Shown here one piece after another: positions 41,445 to 54,446 of a stretch of DNA of 64,000 nucleotides; position 1 is the stretch's first letter, and each line of letters opens with the position of its first letter. Below the pieces are notes generated by a model, which ran no database searches, had not been told where the DNA came from, and was given only the letters and a program-made list of their open reading frames with translations. Origin of the DNA: Phyllosticta citribraziliensis (taxonomy: Eukaryota). The stretch covers positions 1,736,001 through 1,800,000 of the forward strand of contig NW_027117345.1 in the NCBI RefSeq assembly GCF_038025025.1, in the 5' to 3' direction. A program made the translations under genes and the position numbers.

Positions 41445-42829
41445 TGTGACGGTCGTAGGTGATAGGTTGAGGGCAACGTCGGATGTGGTTTGTCCGCGAG
41501 GTTGAAATCGCGATTCGAGCGCGTTGGCTTGGGTCGAGAGCTGCCTTGGGAAGCTGGAGACAAGCGTCGCGAATCAGATGGGTGGAGGCGGAAGAGATGG
41601 AATGCTGGAGGAGCGAAGGGAGTTGAGAATGGGATGCAGATGAGCAAAGGCGGAGCGCGAATGGAGGAGGGCGTTGAAGGGAGCAAGGGTCGCGGGTGAT
41701 GGTTGGAGTAGTTTGTGTGGTGGGCAAGTCTGGAGAGAGCGCTGGATGGCAGCGGCAAGAAAATGTGGCCGATAAGACCGATAACAAAGCTCTCCTTCAG
41801 CGCCTTGCCAGGAGGACCGATGCAAGTAATCCGCCAGACCAGACATGCAAACACACAATCCTGACTGACTGCATGAGAATCCAACGTAAACAAGTGGGGG
41901 CAGCAATCTTTCACCACAGCACACCACCGACCTCCTCCGCGCAATCCCGTCCGTCCAGTGCGGTGCGTCCATCGCATTCAGCCTGCCGAAGCTGCATATC
42001 CGTCCCTTTCAACGGCCAACGGACCGCAATCCTTCCGGCCTTCCGCATAGTGACGCAAACCGGCGTCCAATCCATCTCGCTTGCCCGCTGCAGACTGGAC
42101 CTGTTCGGCGCTCGGGGGAGAACATGTTGGATCAACCTCGACGATCACGATAGAGCTCGTCCCCCAGAGGCGTGTCTGTGCGCTGTCTACTTGCTACCTG
42201 AGCAGCCGACCATCATTTATTGGCTGCTTTGGGGAGCATCCATCGCACAGGGGCTGCCAAGCAGGCACAAACACCTATTAAACAGCCCTGCGCAACGGGG
42301 GGCTCGGGGCTGGTCGGCCGGGGTTGACAGCTCACAAGAATTTTCTTTTCCAGGGCGACCGAGAACCTCAGGGGTCGGTGTTGCACCACGCTGACTGTCA
42401 TCAGGGGTGCTCCAATAGAGCGCTGTTTTTCATGCCAAATATGCATGCTGCCAACGTTTTGTGACCGCGGCTTGCCTTCCCAACAGCAAAACGTGCACAA
42501 ATGCTCCAACAGGCTCAACCGCTCTCTTCCCACATTGATGTCCCACCTCAAACTGCTGCCGTCCAAAACCGAGTCCACACGACGACGCAAGCAATCCAAA
42601 TACCCCACGACGTGCGAGAGCTGATCCCTTTTCCTGCTGATACGCATGCGCGCGTGCATCCAAATAGAAAGAAACCTCAAATACCACCGAGAAACATAAA
42701 CAGCTCATGAGCAGGGGGGGGTGTCAAGAAACGCCATCAACAGGCTCACAAAATCCACCAAGAAGAAAGTAAACACGGCGAAGAGAAAAGAGGAAAATCG
42801 ACACCAATTACAAAACCGCGGCCTCAAAG

Positions 42830-45600
42830 TCACCCCAACCCCCAAGCCCCCTGCACACCCGTCCCCCGCCGCGAGCTCCCCATTTCCATGCCCATAGCAG
42901 CGTGCTGCTGCGCCGTCCCAGCCGGCACAGTGCCGCCCGCTATGCCGCTGCTCCCAACGCTCGCCGTGGGCGACTGGTAGTCGTCCATGCCCATCATCAT
43001 GTTGAACGGGTTGTCCCACATGATGTCGTCCCAGCCGGGCACGGAGCCCAGGCTTGACGGCCCGCTCGGCTCCATCATGGGCGTCGGATTATGTTGCTGG
43101 TGGTACTGGTAGGGCTGCGGCGCTGGTTGTTGGTAGTGTTGTTGCTGTTGTTGATGTGTTGTGGGCCAGAACGCCATGCTGTCCATCCCGGTGGTGATGA
43201 CCGGGGCTGAAGCCGCGGTGCCGGCGACGAAGTGCGGCTGAGAGAGGGCTTGCTCAAAGTGGTTGGAAACGTATGAGTTGAATTGGGATTCGGACGTGGA
43301 AAGATGCAAGTCAGGCCGGACCTGTGGTGGCCGCATCTGTAGTTCAGATTGGACCGAGTGCTGTAAGAAGTCTGGATTGATGGGCGAGAACATGTCGGCC
43401 TCTGAGGCGTCCTTCTCTTCGAATTTGATGTCCTGTTGCTGCTGTTGGTTGTGCCATGCTTCTTGCGCCTCCATCCGGCTTCTAGCGGCCCGCGTGGTTT
43501 TCTCGAGATGGAGTTTGCTGATTTCATACAGGTACGCCATTCTCTCCTTGGTCTTGCGCGCCGCCACGCTGTAGTCTTTGATCCTCTCAACAAATTCCAG
43601 CGCAGCTTCAACTTGCCCTTGCCATTTGTCAATCTCTTCCATGTTGCCGAGGTCGTAGAAGAGGCTGATCAGCGGTATCAAGCAGGCCTGCCAACAGAAC
43701 CACACGGCGTTCCATCCTGAGATGAGGTCCTCGGTGCACTCCTCGCTCATGTCCTTGATGGTTTGGCCGGCAATCACTCGTAACTTTCCCACTGCAACCT
43801 TGTCTTCGGCAGTCAGCATGGCGTACGGCGTCTTCCTGAGCGCTGCGCGAAGCAGAAAAGGTCGGTGTAAGACGATCCGCAGATTTTGATAACGCCACTT
43901 CATCACATGGCGTGGGACGTGCAAGAACTTCCCATCCTCTCCAAAATCCTCATCAAAGTTGGTGAGGATCGATGGCAGACTTTCTCGCCAAGCTACGAGA
44001 TCGTTGTCGATTTGTGGGAGTTCTTCGTATTTCAATGGTGATGTTGCCAAGGTATCCTGAATTAGGGTTGCGATGCGACAAAATTCGATATTGTGGGTCA
44101 ATGGCAATACCTTCAAGTCCTGTCTGTGGGGAGTGTTGCCTGGCTCTTCCGACACTTTGCCTGGAGGAAGCACTGACACGGCGGAACTGATGCGACCCAG
44201 TGAAGGCCGACTTATTGTAGTGGAGCCCCAGACATCTAGGCAAAACAAGCTCCACCATGTTCTTCTCCTCATCTCGGCAGTCTCCTCGTGGACCCGTGAT
44301 CCCGAGTTACGGCCTTGCCTGCTACTCGCCGAAGCTAAGTACTCTCGATGGAGGCCAAGACCGGTAGCCATTCGCATCACCGCTCCCATAGTGGCGCTCG
44401 CCTCCTCGGGTCTGTTCAGCCAGTGCATGTAATATCCCGCCATCATGCCGAGGGCTTGTACGATCTCAATACTCATGCTTCCAAAGGACTTGAGGCTGAG
44501 GTGTTGACGGGCTCGTTCGAAGAAAACAAGATGGGTCTCGTTGTCCTGTGTGTTCGATGCCAGGCAGCCCAAAGCCAATACCATGTTAGATAGTGCGCCC
44601 CAAGGCGCGTCCTGCCGGTGTTGCGATCTGAAGTCTTTGCGCAGTTTCTCCTCATCAACCATTGGAAAGAACGGGTGGACCTTTTCAAAGTAGGCCTTGA
44701 CATAACCCGGTGCATATGACATGTCCGGGTGCACCACGTCAAGAACAGAAGGTGAGGCTTTGATCCAACTAGGCGGGGTGTCGTCCTCTGTGATGACTTT
44801 CTCTTCCGGGGCGCACTTTTGCATGACCTTTTGGGCCGCCGAAACCGAGGACACTCCCGCGTACGCAATTGCTCTTCCACTGACCGAGAGGCCATTAACA
44901 GTGTCAGAAATGGCTTGTACGCCATCGTCGTATGTTTGAGTCTCATCCCGCTGGACGCCCTCCTCCCCAGGCCCATCATCGAGTTCGTCAAGATCGTCTG
45001 GGGTCTGGACAGACTGGATTGTCTGCGCGCCACTGTCCGAGGGAGATGTTGCCGGGGGTGCCGGGAGGGTCAATGCCAGGCTAATCAGCTCCTCGCGTGG
45101 AATCGAGACGAGGTTTTCCACGTCTTTGCCAGGGAAAAGCATCTCGAGAATTCGTTTCTGCTGGTCAATAGTTCCCTGGAGCTTTTCTACAAGCCTGGGA
45201 CAGGGGTGTAAGCAGGGCGATCCATGTTGACGTATTGCGAAATGAAGGCCAAGGACCAATGACGTTGACTGCCATGTGAAGGGGGGAAATTTGAACAGCG
45301 GGTGACGCGAGATGGCGGCGGGTGCGAGCAAATGTCGACTTACTTTCTCGAGGGCACGACGCGCTGGGCGGGCTTCGCATAGTTGCAATTGTGCGGGTGC
45401 TGGTACCACAGACACTGGCCACAAGGATGTTGGCCGTCGCAGCGAATCTTGCGGCGGCGACACTCGACGCATGCATTGGTTGTCGTGATGCGACGCGAGC
45501 CTTGCGGGCGCGAGTGCTTGCCCCCAAGGCCAAGGGCATCGCCGCCGTCGCTCGGGCCTTTGAGGGCGCCGGCCGTCGAGGCCTGGAATGTGTGGTACAT
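42830..45600 (-). CDS. clrB: Zn(II)2Cys6 transcription factor, probably ClrB/CLR-2/ManR-like cellulase-mannanase regulator; intron 45195-45343
   Basis: MYHTFQ...ACVECRRRKIRCDGQHPCGQCLWYQHPHNC...QRVVPSRK zinc cluster; fungal TF middle domain (LGLHRE, RRRTWWSL); KWRYQNLRIVLHRP; similarity to CLR-2/ClrB is from memory, plus adjacency to a GH2 mannosidase. Confidence 0.75.
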
Positions 45601-46081
45601 GTGCCCAAGCCCAAGCTCTTGCAACGTTTCCGTTCCCTCTTCTAGAAGTGTGCCGGAGTGGATTGTGCTACCCCGCGCTTGGGCACGACATCCCACCTTG
45701 CTTTTGGAATGGCGATTGTCCGTGTGAGGGCGAATTCGGCGGGCGGAGCGGTGCGATGCGGTGCGGTGCGTCGCGGCGCGTGGGATCAACGCAGTCGTAA
45801 ACGTGGACGGCGGTGGTCGGGTGAAAGGGGACCAAAAAGAATCGAGCGAGGATGGTGACGGGGAGGGCCAAATTAAGGTTGGAATTCTGGAAGTTGTCGA
45901 AGCTGGGAAGCTCCCCCAGATCTGCGCGCCTGGTTCTGCGGGGTCGCCGTGGCCGAGGCTGCAAGCGCACACTCCCTTGCGGGTAGGAGATGAGGTTTGT
46001 CGAGAACATATTGGTGGGCCATCCGGTTCCAGCCGCGCTGTGTGTTTCTCTACTGCCCGCGTGCAAACGCCCGGCGTCAGG

Positions 46082-48862
46082 TCATGGCCACACCACGACT
46101 CCAGGCCCAGGCTGCCCGAGATACCTCCACCGCAACGGCCGCGCATCCTGGCCCAGCCCGCGCACCCTCACCACCTGCGCGTCGCCCGGTGCCACGTCCA
46201 ATGCGCTGTCGTCGGCCAGCACCCCGTACCGCTCCTCAAACACCACGCCCTTGGTTGGCCGCGCCGCCGTCACTCGCACCCATCCCCCGTCGACGTCGAA
46301 GCCCTGCACCACCTCGACCCCGCGCTCCGAAAAGTCCAGGTACTTGAGCGGCTGCGGCCAGTCCATGTCGCGTGAAACGACCTCTGCATGCCCGTCGATC
46401 CAGAGCCGCGCTGCCAACACGTGCGCCTCCTCCGTCTCGTTGTCGATTGTTCCAGAAAGCACCTCCGTCGTGCCGTTGGCCTTGATCCGGACCCCGGCCT
46501 TGGTGACGCTTTGCTTGATGTCCTTGCCCGTCGCAATCGAGATGAAGCGCAGTTCGATAGTCGCGACCACCTCATGCGTCTTGCTGCTCGACGCCCAGAG
46601 CTCCCAAGCGCTCGTCTTGGCTGGACGCGCATGCACGACGCTCCAGTCGTGGTGCGCTCGCTTGACTGCAACCGCCACAGGCGCGAGCACCCGTCGCATT
46701 GCATAATATGCGGGCTTCTTGCGTTGGAAGTAGTCGATTATCGACCACGACGTTACAGGCCAGCAGTCGTTGAGCTGCCACACCAATGCTCCGCCGCAGA
46801 ACCGCTTCTGGCCCCACTGCCGCCGCCACCCCCTGTACCCAAACATGAGGGCCTCGGCCTGCGACAGCTGCGTCAAGTGTATGAATCCCTGTCTCTTGCT
46901 CAGTCGCTTTCCCAAAGTCGGCGCAGCAATCCACTACAAACCTCTAGATCCGTCACCGTGCGAAAGTTTTCGACCAAGTATGTGGCTATTCTGCGCTCGT
47001 GGCCATCCGCCTTGTTGTGAAAGTCGAGCATGTGAGACTGCGGGTAGAGCTGCGAATCGTCCGTGACATAATGCTTGATCGTGTCGATGTGAGGGAATGC
47101 CTCCATGCCGAACTCGCTGTTGAACCGGCCGCCAAGCGTATCAAAGATTTGATACTTTTCCTGGCTTCCATGCCACACGTTCCATTGATGCAGGTCGCCC
47201 ACGGTCCTATCAGATGTCGGCAAGCCGTCTCCCCATGGCGAGCCAGGATGGTAGGGCACGCTTGGACTCTCGGCTGCGACAACCTCTGGCAATATCTGCT
47301 CAAGCAAGCCGTTAGCAACCAGCACGCATGAGCGCTTTCGAGAAAGACGTACCTTTTCGTAAATGTACCTGGCTGGGAAGTCGGTCCTGAGCCAATTTTC
47401 CGGGTCCTTGTCTTGGTAGTTATAAGTCAATCCAAACTGCTCCTGCACTTGATAGTCCTCGTTGTTGCCGGCGTACAGGACCACCGACGTGTGCTTCTGT
47501 AGCCTCTGTACATTCTGAGTCGCCTCCCGCCGGATTGATTCGCGCATCTCTTTCCACGCCGGATAGTTCCCGCAGCCGAACATAAAGTCCTGCCACACCA
47601 GAATCCCGAGCTCGTCGCAGGCGTCGTAAAAGGCTTCGGCTTCGTAGATGCCGCCGCCCCAGACGCGAACCATGACTTGGTGGCCATCGACCATGGTTTG
47701 CAGCCAGGAACGATAGCGCGCCGTCGTGATGCGCGGCGTAAAGGAATCCGCAGGTATCCAATCCGAGCCGCCGCAGAAGACGTCGGTGTTGTTTATTCGG
47801 AAGAAGAAGCTCTTGCCCACGTCATCCGGTTGTTGGACGAGTTCGGCTTTTCTGATGCCCAGGCGCTGCGTGCGCTCGTCGACTTCGGTGCCGTCTGCGG
47901 ACAGCAAGACGGATTTGATGGAGTAGAGGGGCTGACTGCCATAACCGTGCGGCCACCAGAGCGCAGGTGAGTCGATGATGAACTGAGCCTTTGCGACGCC
48001 GTGGTCATCGACTTGCGCCTCGACATGAAGGGCGGTTTTGCCGTCAACCTCCCCTCGAACCAAAGCTTTGCCCCTTCCATCTCCTTCTACGGTCAACGTG
48101 ATGACTCCAGACACCCTCTTGAGATCTTGATCTAGCTCGTAATCGATTCTGACGTTTTCTATTCTTGCGTGGTACGTCTCCAGCCTGACTTCTTTCCAAA
48201 TTCCGCTAGTGATCAAAACGGGTCCCCAGTCCCAGCCGCTGCCTGCCATTAGCGCACCCGTTATTTCGAACTAGCCGGAAGACACGTACAAGTGATATTG
48301 GGCTTTCCGGACGGCGAGTCTGGCCATGTCGGCATTGAATCCCACCCACTTGTGCTCTGGGTGCGCAGCCTTGACCTTTTGAGCTTCTTTCAAGGCCGGC
48401 AAGAATGCTACCTCGAGCACATTTGGAGATGCTGAAGACAGGGTTTTGGTAATGTCTACTCGGTGTGAGTGGAACATGTTATCGCTTTGCAGAATGACAT
48501 TGCCGTTGAGCTTGGCCGTGGCGTACGTATCCAGGCCGTCAAATGCCAATACGTATTTGCGGCCATCTTGAACCGGGGTGGACTGGACCGGCAGGGATGT
48601 TTTGTACGTCCAAGGTTTTTCGCCAACCCACTCGACTCCTATTTCATTGAAGCCAAGAAACGGATCTTGAATTCTATCGACGGTCAGTCTGGAATTGGAA
48701 ATCAAAACGCTATCGAGGAACCTACTTTTGGTTGGCTAAGAGGTCTTGATGGACGCACGAGGGTACAAGAGGAGCGGGCAGCCAGTCGTCGTCCGGGGCA
48801 TCCGTTTGCTTGAACGACCAGCCAGTATCCAGGACCTGCGTCGTCAATGGCCGCACCGTCAT
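46082..48862 (-). CDS. mndB: GH2 beta-mannosidase, no signal peptide (MndB-like), 5 exons
   Basis: FDGLDTYA, RKAQYHFGWDWGP, GSDWIPADSF, RVWGGGIYE, WQDFMF, GNNED (acid/base), RFNSEFGM (nucleophile), WQLNDCWP. Confidence 0.93.
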
Positions 48863-49825
48863 GATGGGGGGCTTGATCTGAAAAGTGGAAAGGAGCAGTC
48901 GGCAAATAGGGCGGCGGTACGTGGGGTAGCGGGATGTTGGATTTTAAGGCTTCCACTCGCGTCCCGAAGGCATTCTGGTCGAACGTCTTGAAAACGAGGA
49001 AGCCGCTCTGCTGGCGGGCCCAATTACCGAGCGGGTAGGCCTTGGAAACGACATGGACGAGAGCGAACTGGCAGACAAGACGCCAAGCGAACCGTTGCAC
49101 AATGGGATCGTGGGCGCGGTGGTGAGTCCGTGTCGAATGAGGGATGGCGGCCGCTGGATTTCCCGGGGTGAGTTAAGGGCCGGGCCCGCTTAACGCCTCT
49201 GCCCTGCCGCCATGCCTGCCCATGAATCCTTTGACATTCCTCAATTGGCTGCTTTTGGACGCTCCCCGCGGTGCCTGTTCTCCGTCTTCCTATTGCGTCG
49301 CCGCTGGCATCGATCTTCCCGCTGTGGCTTGCAGTCGGTCAACGGCCGACGCCGGCAATTTTCACATCCGACCCGCACCCATGCTCCCTTTGGCATGTAT
49401 GTACATGTAGTCGCCCGTTACACCACCTCGACATCCTACCTCCTCCATGGTAAATCTACATCTCTCCGCCTGCCGTCTCAGGCTCCCTCGACTGCTGTAC
49501 CTTCCGACATCGACATCACGAGGCCTCTCCGTAGGTCTCACCAACAAATCCACTTCCCACATGAAACTCATGGCGTGGCGGAACATCGACTCCGAAAAGT
49601 CAGATTGGTACGAGGAATATACATGTCTATCGGAATGGCGCAAAGCCTCAACAATACGCCGTGGGTATCTCTTATGCATAACTCATGCCGTCTTGACCAC
49701 CATCATCGTCGCAGGCGCCAGGCCCACCGTCCATTACCGTCATGCTGCTACCAACGCTCCATTACCTGCCAATCAGATCTTGAACACGTCATTATCGCGT
49801 CGCATGGCTGCTCCTACATGTCCAA

Positions 49826-51199
49826 TTAGAAGGCGAAAATAAAAAGCAAGGCGTTCAATGTCATGGCAATCAACAGACCAAGCAGGTGGTTGTTTGCACT
49901 GCCTGACATGTGGCCCGACGAAGTCAAGTGTCCCATCTCGGCTGGATTCGCGGCCAGGATGTTGGTTGATCGACCGCCTGGACAAAAGATCACTTCGAAG
50001 CCTGCTCCAGATGGAATTATAAAAGTCGACGTTTGATCATCGAATGCTGTCCCGTCGTCAGTCTGGGTGCTATCTCTCAAGATCCACAGAGCATACCGTA
50101 GCTGTACGCGTCTGGACAGACTTTCTTGGCTGCCTTCGAATAGTCGCTAGGCGAACATGCCCCCGGAGAGTTAAAGTTGCCCGTGCAACAATCCGAGGCC
50201 TTGTTCCATTTTGCGCAAGCGGAAAGGCATGGACTAAAAGCTGGCCTCTTGATGTTGTCGTCGGGATAGGGATACACCCCGTCACCGGGCTTCGAAGGCG
50301 GACTGACCAACAAATTGTAAGGGCACCAGCTCGAAGCTTGCCCGTTTGAGACCTTGGTGTCGAACGCAAGAGGGAACGAGCTGTTTGTGCCAAGAAAGAC
50401 CTGCTGTCCACCGTTGTACGGGTTGAACGTCTCTGGGGCAAGTTCGCCGGGTGAGCCCTCGCACGACGGGTTGGTGAGGTTGGGCGGAATATCATCAAGG
50501 CTCGAGTTTCCGAGGGGCTGTTTGACGATGGCCAGTGGTAGGTTGTAACCGTCCACGAGCGAAATGTCGTAGTACGTCTGGCCGTCGCCAGCATCTAGGG
50601 TGAATTCGGCCAACGTGACGGGATTGAGGCCCTAGAACATCAGCCCTGTGCGTTGGCTATGAGGGAGACACACGTACAGAGACGTCACAGGCTATTTTCC
50701 CGGCGCAGTCTCCAGTTCCGCAGGCTGTTGCGCGTCCATTCGAAGGTCCATCACCAGCAACGTTGAAGCTGCAATTGGTCCGTCCCCAAACTCTCCCCTG
50801 CCAATTTTCTGATACTGTCTGGTTAAGCGTACCTCCAGTCTCGAGCTTAAATCCCGTCTTCGATGGACCTTGGCCAGACTGTGTGTTGACAGCCGCATAT
50901 ATTGTGTCGGAGCACTGGTTTGTAACGATGAGAGGCGTGTTTTGCCTGACGACCGCTTTGGAAACCTCAGGAACTTTGATATTCATGTGATGGGTTGATC
51001 CAGGCAAGCAATCTCCTTTGTGTAGCCCCGAAAGAATGCGCATCACGACGAAAAGAGATTTGAACAATGGCATGGCACTCTTCAGAACCCTCGCGAATCT
51101 TTTCGCCCTCGCGAATGTTTTCGCGCGTGATCTTTTCTGGCGGGTGCTGCTGTTCGCGTCGCTGCCATTATCGTCGTATTTTTGGAAAACTGGGTCCAT
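49826..51199 (-). CDS. Thaumatin/osmotin-like protein with hydrophobic C-terminus, 3 exons (start codon uncertain)
   Basis: WQGRVWGRTNC, CGTGDC, LAEFTL, YYDISLVDGYNLP, CPDAYSYAFDD, FEVIFCP. Confidence 0.92.
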
Positions 51200-51809
51200 T
51201 TTGGTCGTGGAACGGACCGGAGAGTACCACTAAGGGCTGCGTGAGGGTCAAGGCTGAGGAGGATGGCGTGCGGGTCAGAAACAGGGAGACTTTCTGCCGC
51301 GCGGCCTAGGGAAGTTGGCGAGAACGGAGTGATAAGCAAAACCAGGTAGACGATGGATGTAGAAAGAGGAAGAAAGTTGAGGACAGAAGATGAGAAAGGA
51401 AGAAGAAGAGTTGGACAGAGTGAGCAGAGGAACCAGCCTCAGCTTGGGTCGCGCATGGCGATTCAAGATTGTGGGTGGATGGGCAGTCGCGATGCGATGG
51501 ACGGCCGACACGACGGGAGTGGCTGGACTGACGTAGCCCCCTTTTGAAACGGCGGCAGAGACTGCCTTTTCATTGGCTGGTCCGGCACGTCTTCGGCACA
51601 TCTTCATCCCACTGTAACCCCACATCCCGTCGTCTACCCTGCCGGTGACATGGACGGACTGCTCTGCGGTCATACACCACCTCAGGACATCCACTGGACG
51701 CCCATCGTTGACTGCGTTGCGTTGCGTTGCGTTGCTTTCACAGATACGCCGTTTCAATTGCACACGCCTGGGGACCTTGGCGTCATTCGCACATCAGGCA
51801 TCGGTCGCC

Positions 51810-53706
51810 ATGGACGCCCTCCGTGTCAGCATTGACAGCTCCGTTTCACTGGACAAGTACCCAGGTTGGTGCCCCACTGGACCTGGATGGCTCATGCACT
51901 GTCTCTCTTGGCCGCTGACACCATCTGACGTCCAGCAAAGCAGCATGCCCAGCGAGTCGCTTCTATTCTCGGTGTCCAAAAAGGTCTCATCTATCTTCCT
52001 GGCGCTCCTACCGCCTATCTTGAGGACAGTGACCAATCGGTTCCATTCCGCCAACGCCGCTACTTCTACTACCTCTCTGGGTAAGCTGGGTGTAAGCTGG
52101 ACGAGCCTCTGCTTGTTTACAACAACCGCGAAGTTGACTTCATATCACGCTTCCGCTGCCTAATCTTTTCGATTCCCCCTGAACCGCCTGGTAACTGTGT
52201 TACAGCGTTGACGAGGCCGACTGTCATTTGACGTACGACATTGGCCATGATGTACTCGTACTATACGTCCCCCAAGTCAGCCCGAAAGAAGTCATCTGGA
52301 ATGGTCGAGGGTCTAATCCAGAAGAGGCAATGGAAAAATATGACGTTGATCGCGTCGAGTACTCACATCATGTCATCGAGTGTGTCGACTCCTGGATGAG
52401 TGAACACGACAGCGACAATGTCTACATCCTCCATCCAGGTCAAGCCACGCGCAAAGATTTTGACAAGTCTCCGCGTGTGGATTCTACCAAGCTGAAAGAC
52501 GCCACGGCTCTTGCGCGGTTGCGGAAAGATGCACACGAAATCAAGCTCATCAAAAAGGCCAACGAAATCAGTGCAAAAGCCCATACTAACGTTCTCAAGA
52601 ATATCCTAAGATTCGACAATGAGGCGCAGGTTGAGGCCATCTTCTTAGACACGTGCGTCTCTGAGGATGCCAAGCACCAAGCATACGAAATCATTGCAGC
52701 CTCCGGAGAGAATGCAGCCACTCTGCACTACGTCGAAAACAACCAGCCTTTTGGCGACCGCCAGCTGATGTGTCTCGATGCAGGTGCAGAGTGGAATTGC
52801 TATGCTTCCGACGTCACGAGGACCTTTCCTCTGGGAGACGAATGGCCTTCAAAGGAAGCAAAGGAGATTTATGACCTGGTTCAAGCCATGCAAACAGCTT
52901 GCATCGAGGCCATCAAACCAGGAACCAGATTCATTGATTTGCAGAGCTTGGCGCATCGCGTGGCTGTTGATGGCCTGCTGAAGCTGGGAATTTTCCACAA
53001 CGGCACCGCCGAAGAGATTCTTGAAGCGAGGACTTCTCTGGCGTTCTTTCCACATGGTCTGGGCCACCACGTTGGCCTCGATGTTCACGACTTGATCGAA
53101 CTACCCATGACACCATGTGAGAGCGAAATCATGAAAGATGTCATATACGATCCCCAACTGTCCCTTGCGCCTGTCCACCCAACCGCCTGCGGGCTCGAGG
53201 AGGGGATGATTGTGACAATCGAGCCAGGAATGTAAGAGAGCCAGTCCCATCTATGAATTGGATACGAAAAGCTCACAAAGTGTAGTTATTTTTCGCTTTT
53301 CGCTCTCAAAACCCTCTACCTACCAGATCCCGTGCACGCCAAATTCATCAACATGGACGTCGTCTCGCGCTTCCTGCCCGTCGGCGGCGTCCGCATCGAA
53401 GACGATATCCTGGTGACGGACGACGGCCACGAAAACATCACGACAGCACCCAAAGGCGAAGAGGCCCTCCAGATCATCAGGGACACCGTCAACCAGCATT
53501 TCAGACTCAGGGTTTCCGATCGCACCATGCAGTTGCTCTCCAGGGGGGCGAGATCTGGCCAGCATCCGAATGTCCTCGGAGGCCACGTGAGTCGGAAGGA
53601 GTTGGAGCACTTCCAGGAATTCGTCTCGTCGATCGATAACCGGTTCGACGCTGAAGCCAGTAGCCGTACTGCACCTGGGCCTAAGAGCAACCGTCCTGCC
53701 ACGTAG
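51810..53706 (+). CDS. Xaa-Pro aminopeptidase (M24B family), 4 exons
   Basis: [63 protein letters not shown] metal-binding motifs. Confidence 0.95.
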
Positions 53707-54218
53707 ACGCCGTCTGTGGCCTACATACTGGCCTCGCGCGCCTGTCGGAGTCGGGGTGGCCACTCGTTCAGAAGACAACGGCACTCGTCGCAACACCGCA
53801 GACTGAACGACTAATGTTTGGGACACTGAAGACGGTGTTGACAGGTCCGGGGTGTCGAGGGAGGCTCTGCACGGTGCTCCCCCGGAGAGAGCCTTGGAGT
53901 TTACGTCGCTGAGGCGCTCGGAGCACTAATATACAACAGGCGATGGATTGCAAGCGGGAAAGCTGTTGTCATTTGTCGTTGTCGCATCACTTTACTCTGT
54001 CTCTTTACTGTGAGGCAGAAAATCGCATTTCTTTTGCTAGGTTACAGACAACTTACGTGCAGACTGTGCACACGTCGTGGACAGATGCTATCATTCCCGG
54101 AGCGCTGCTATCTGTGAATGCTCCGGCTCAAACTCCTTGAGTATCCGCTGACGATCCAACTTGGGCAGACTCTCAAGCTCCGTATTCCCTTCGTGAAGAA
54201 GCCCAAATGCCTTTTGGT

Positions 54219-54242
54219 ATGCTCATGCTCATGCTCATGCTC
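54219..54242. repeat. (ATGCTC)4 microsatellite
   Basis: Four perfect units. Confidence 0.85.
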
Positions 54243-54446
54243 CTGTATCTCTTGTTTTTTGCCTGACATCTAGCTTCAAGCCTCCCTGCGGCGTCTGGGG
54301 TCAAGCGGTTACGATCCCGAGAATGCTCTCAGTAATACTCCGGGACAGAGACCTAATCCGAATCACATCCAAGGGCAATCTCTTCCGGTTTGCAGTATGT
54401 TTGCTTTATTTCTAGATTCATCTTCAATCCACACCACCAAGCAGCC

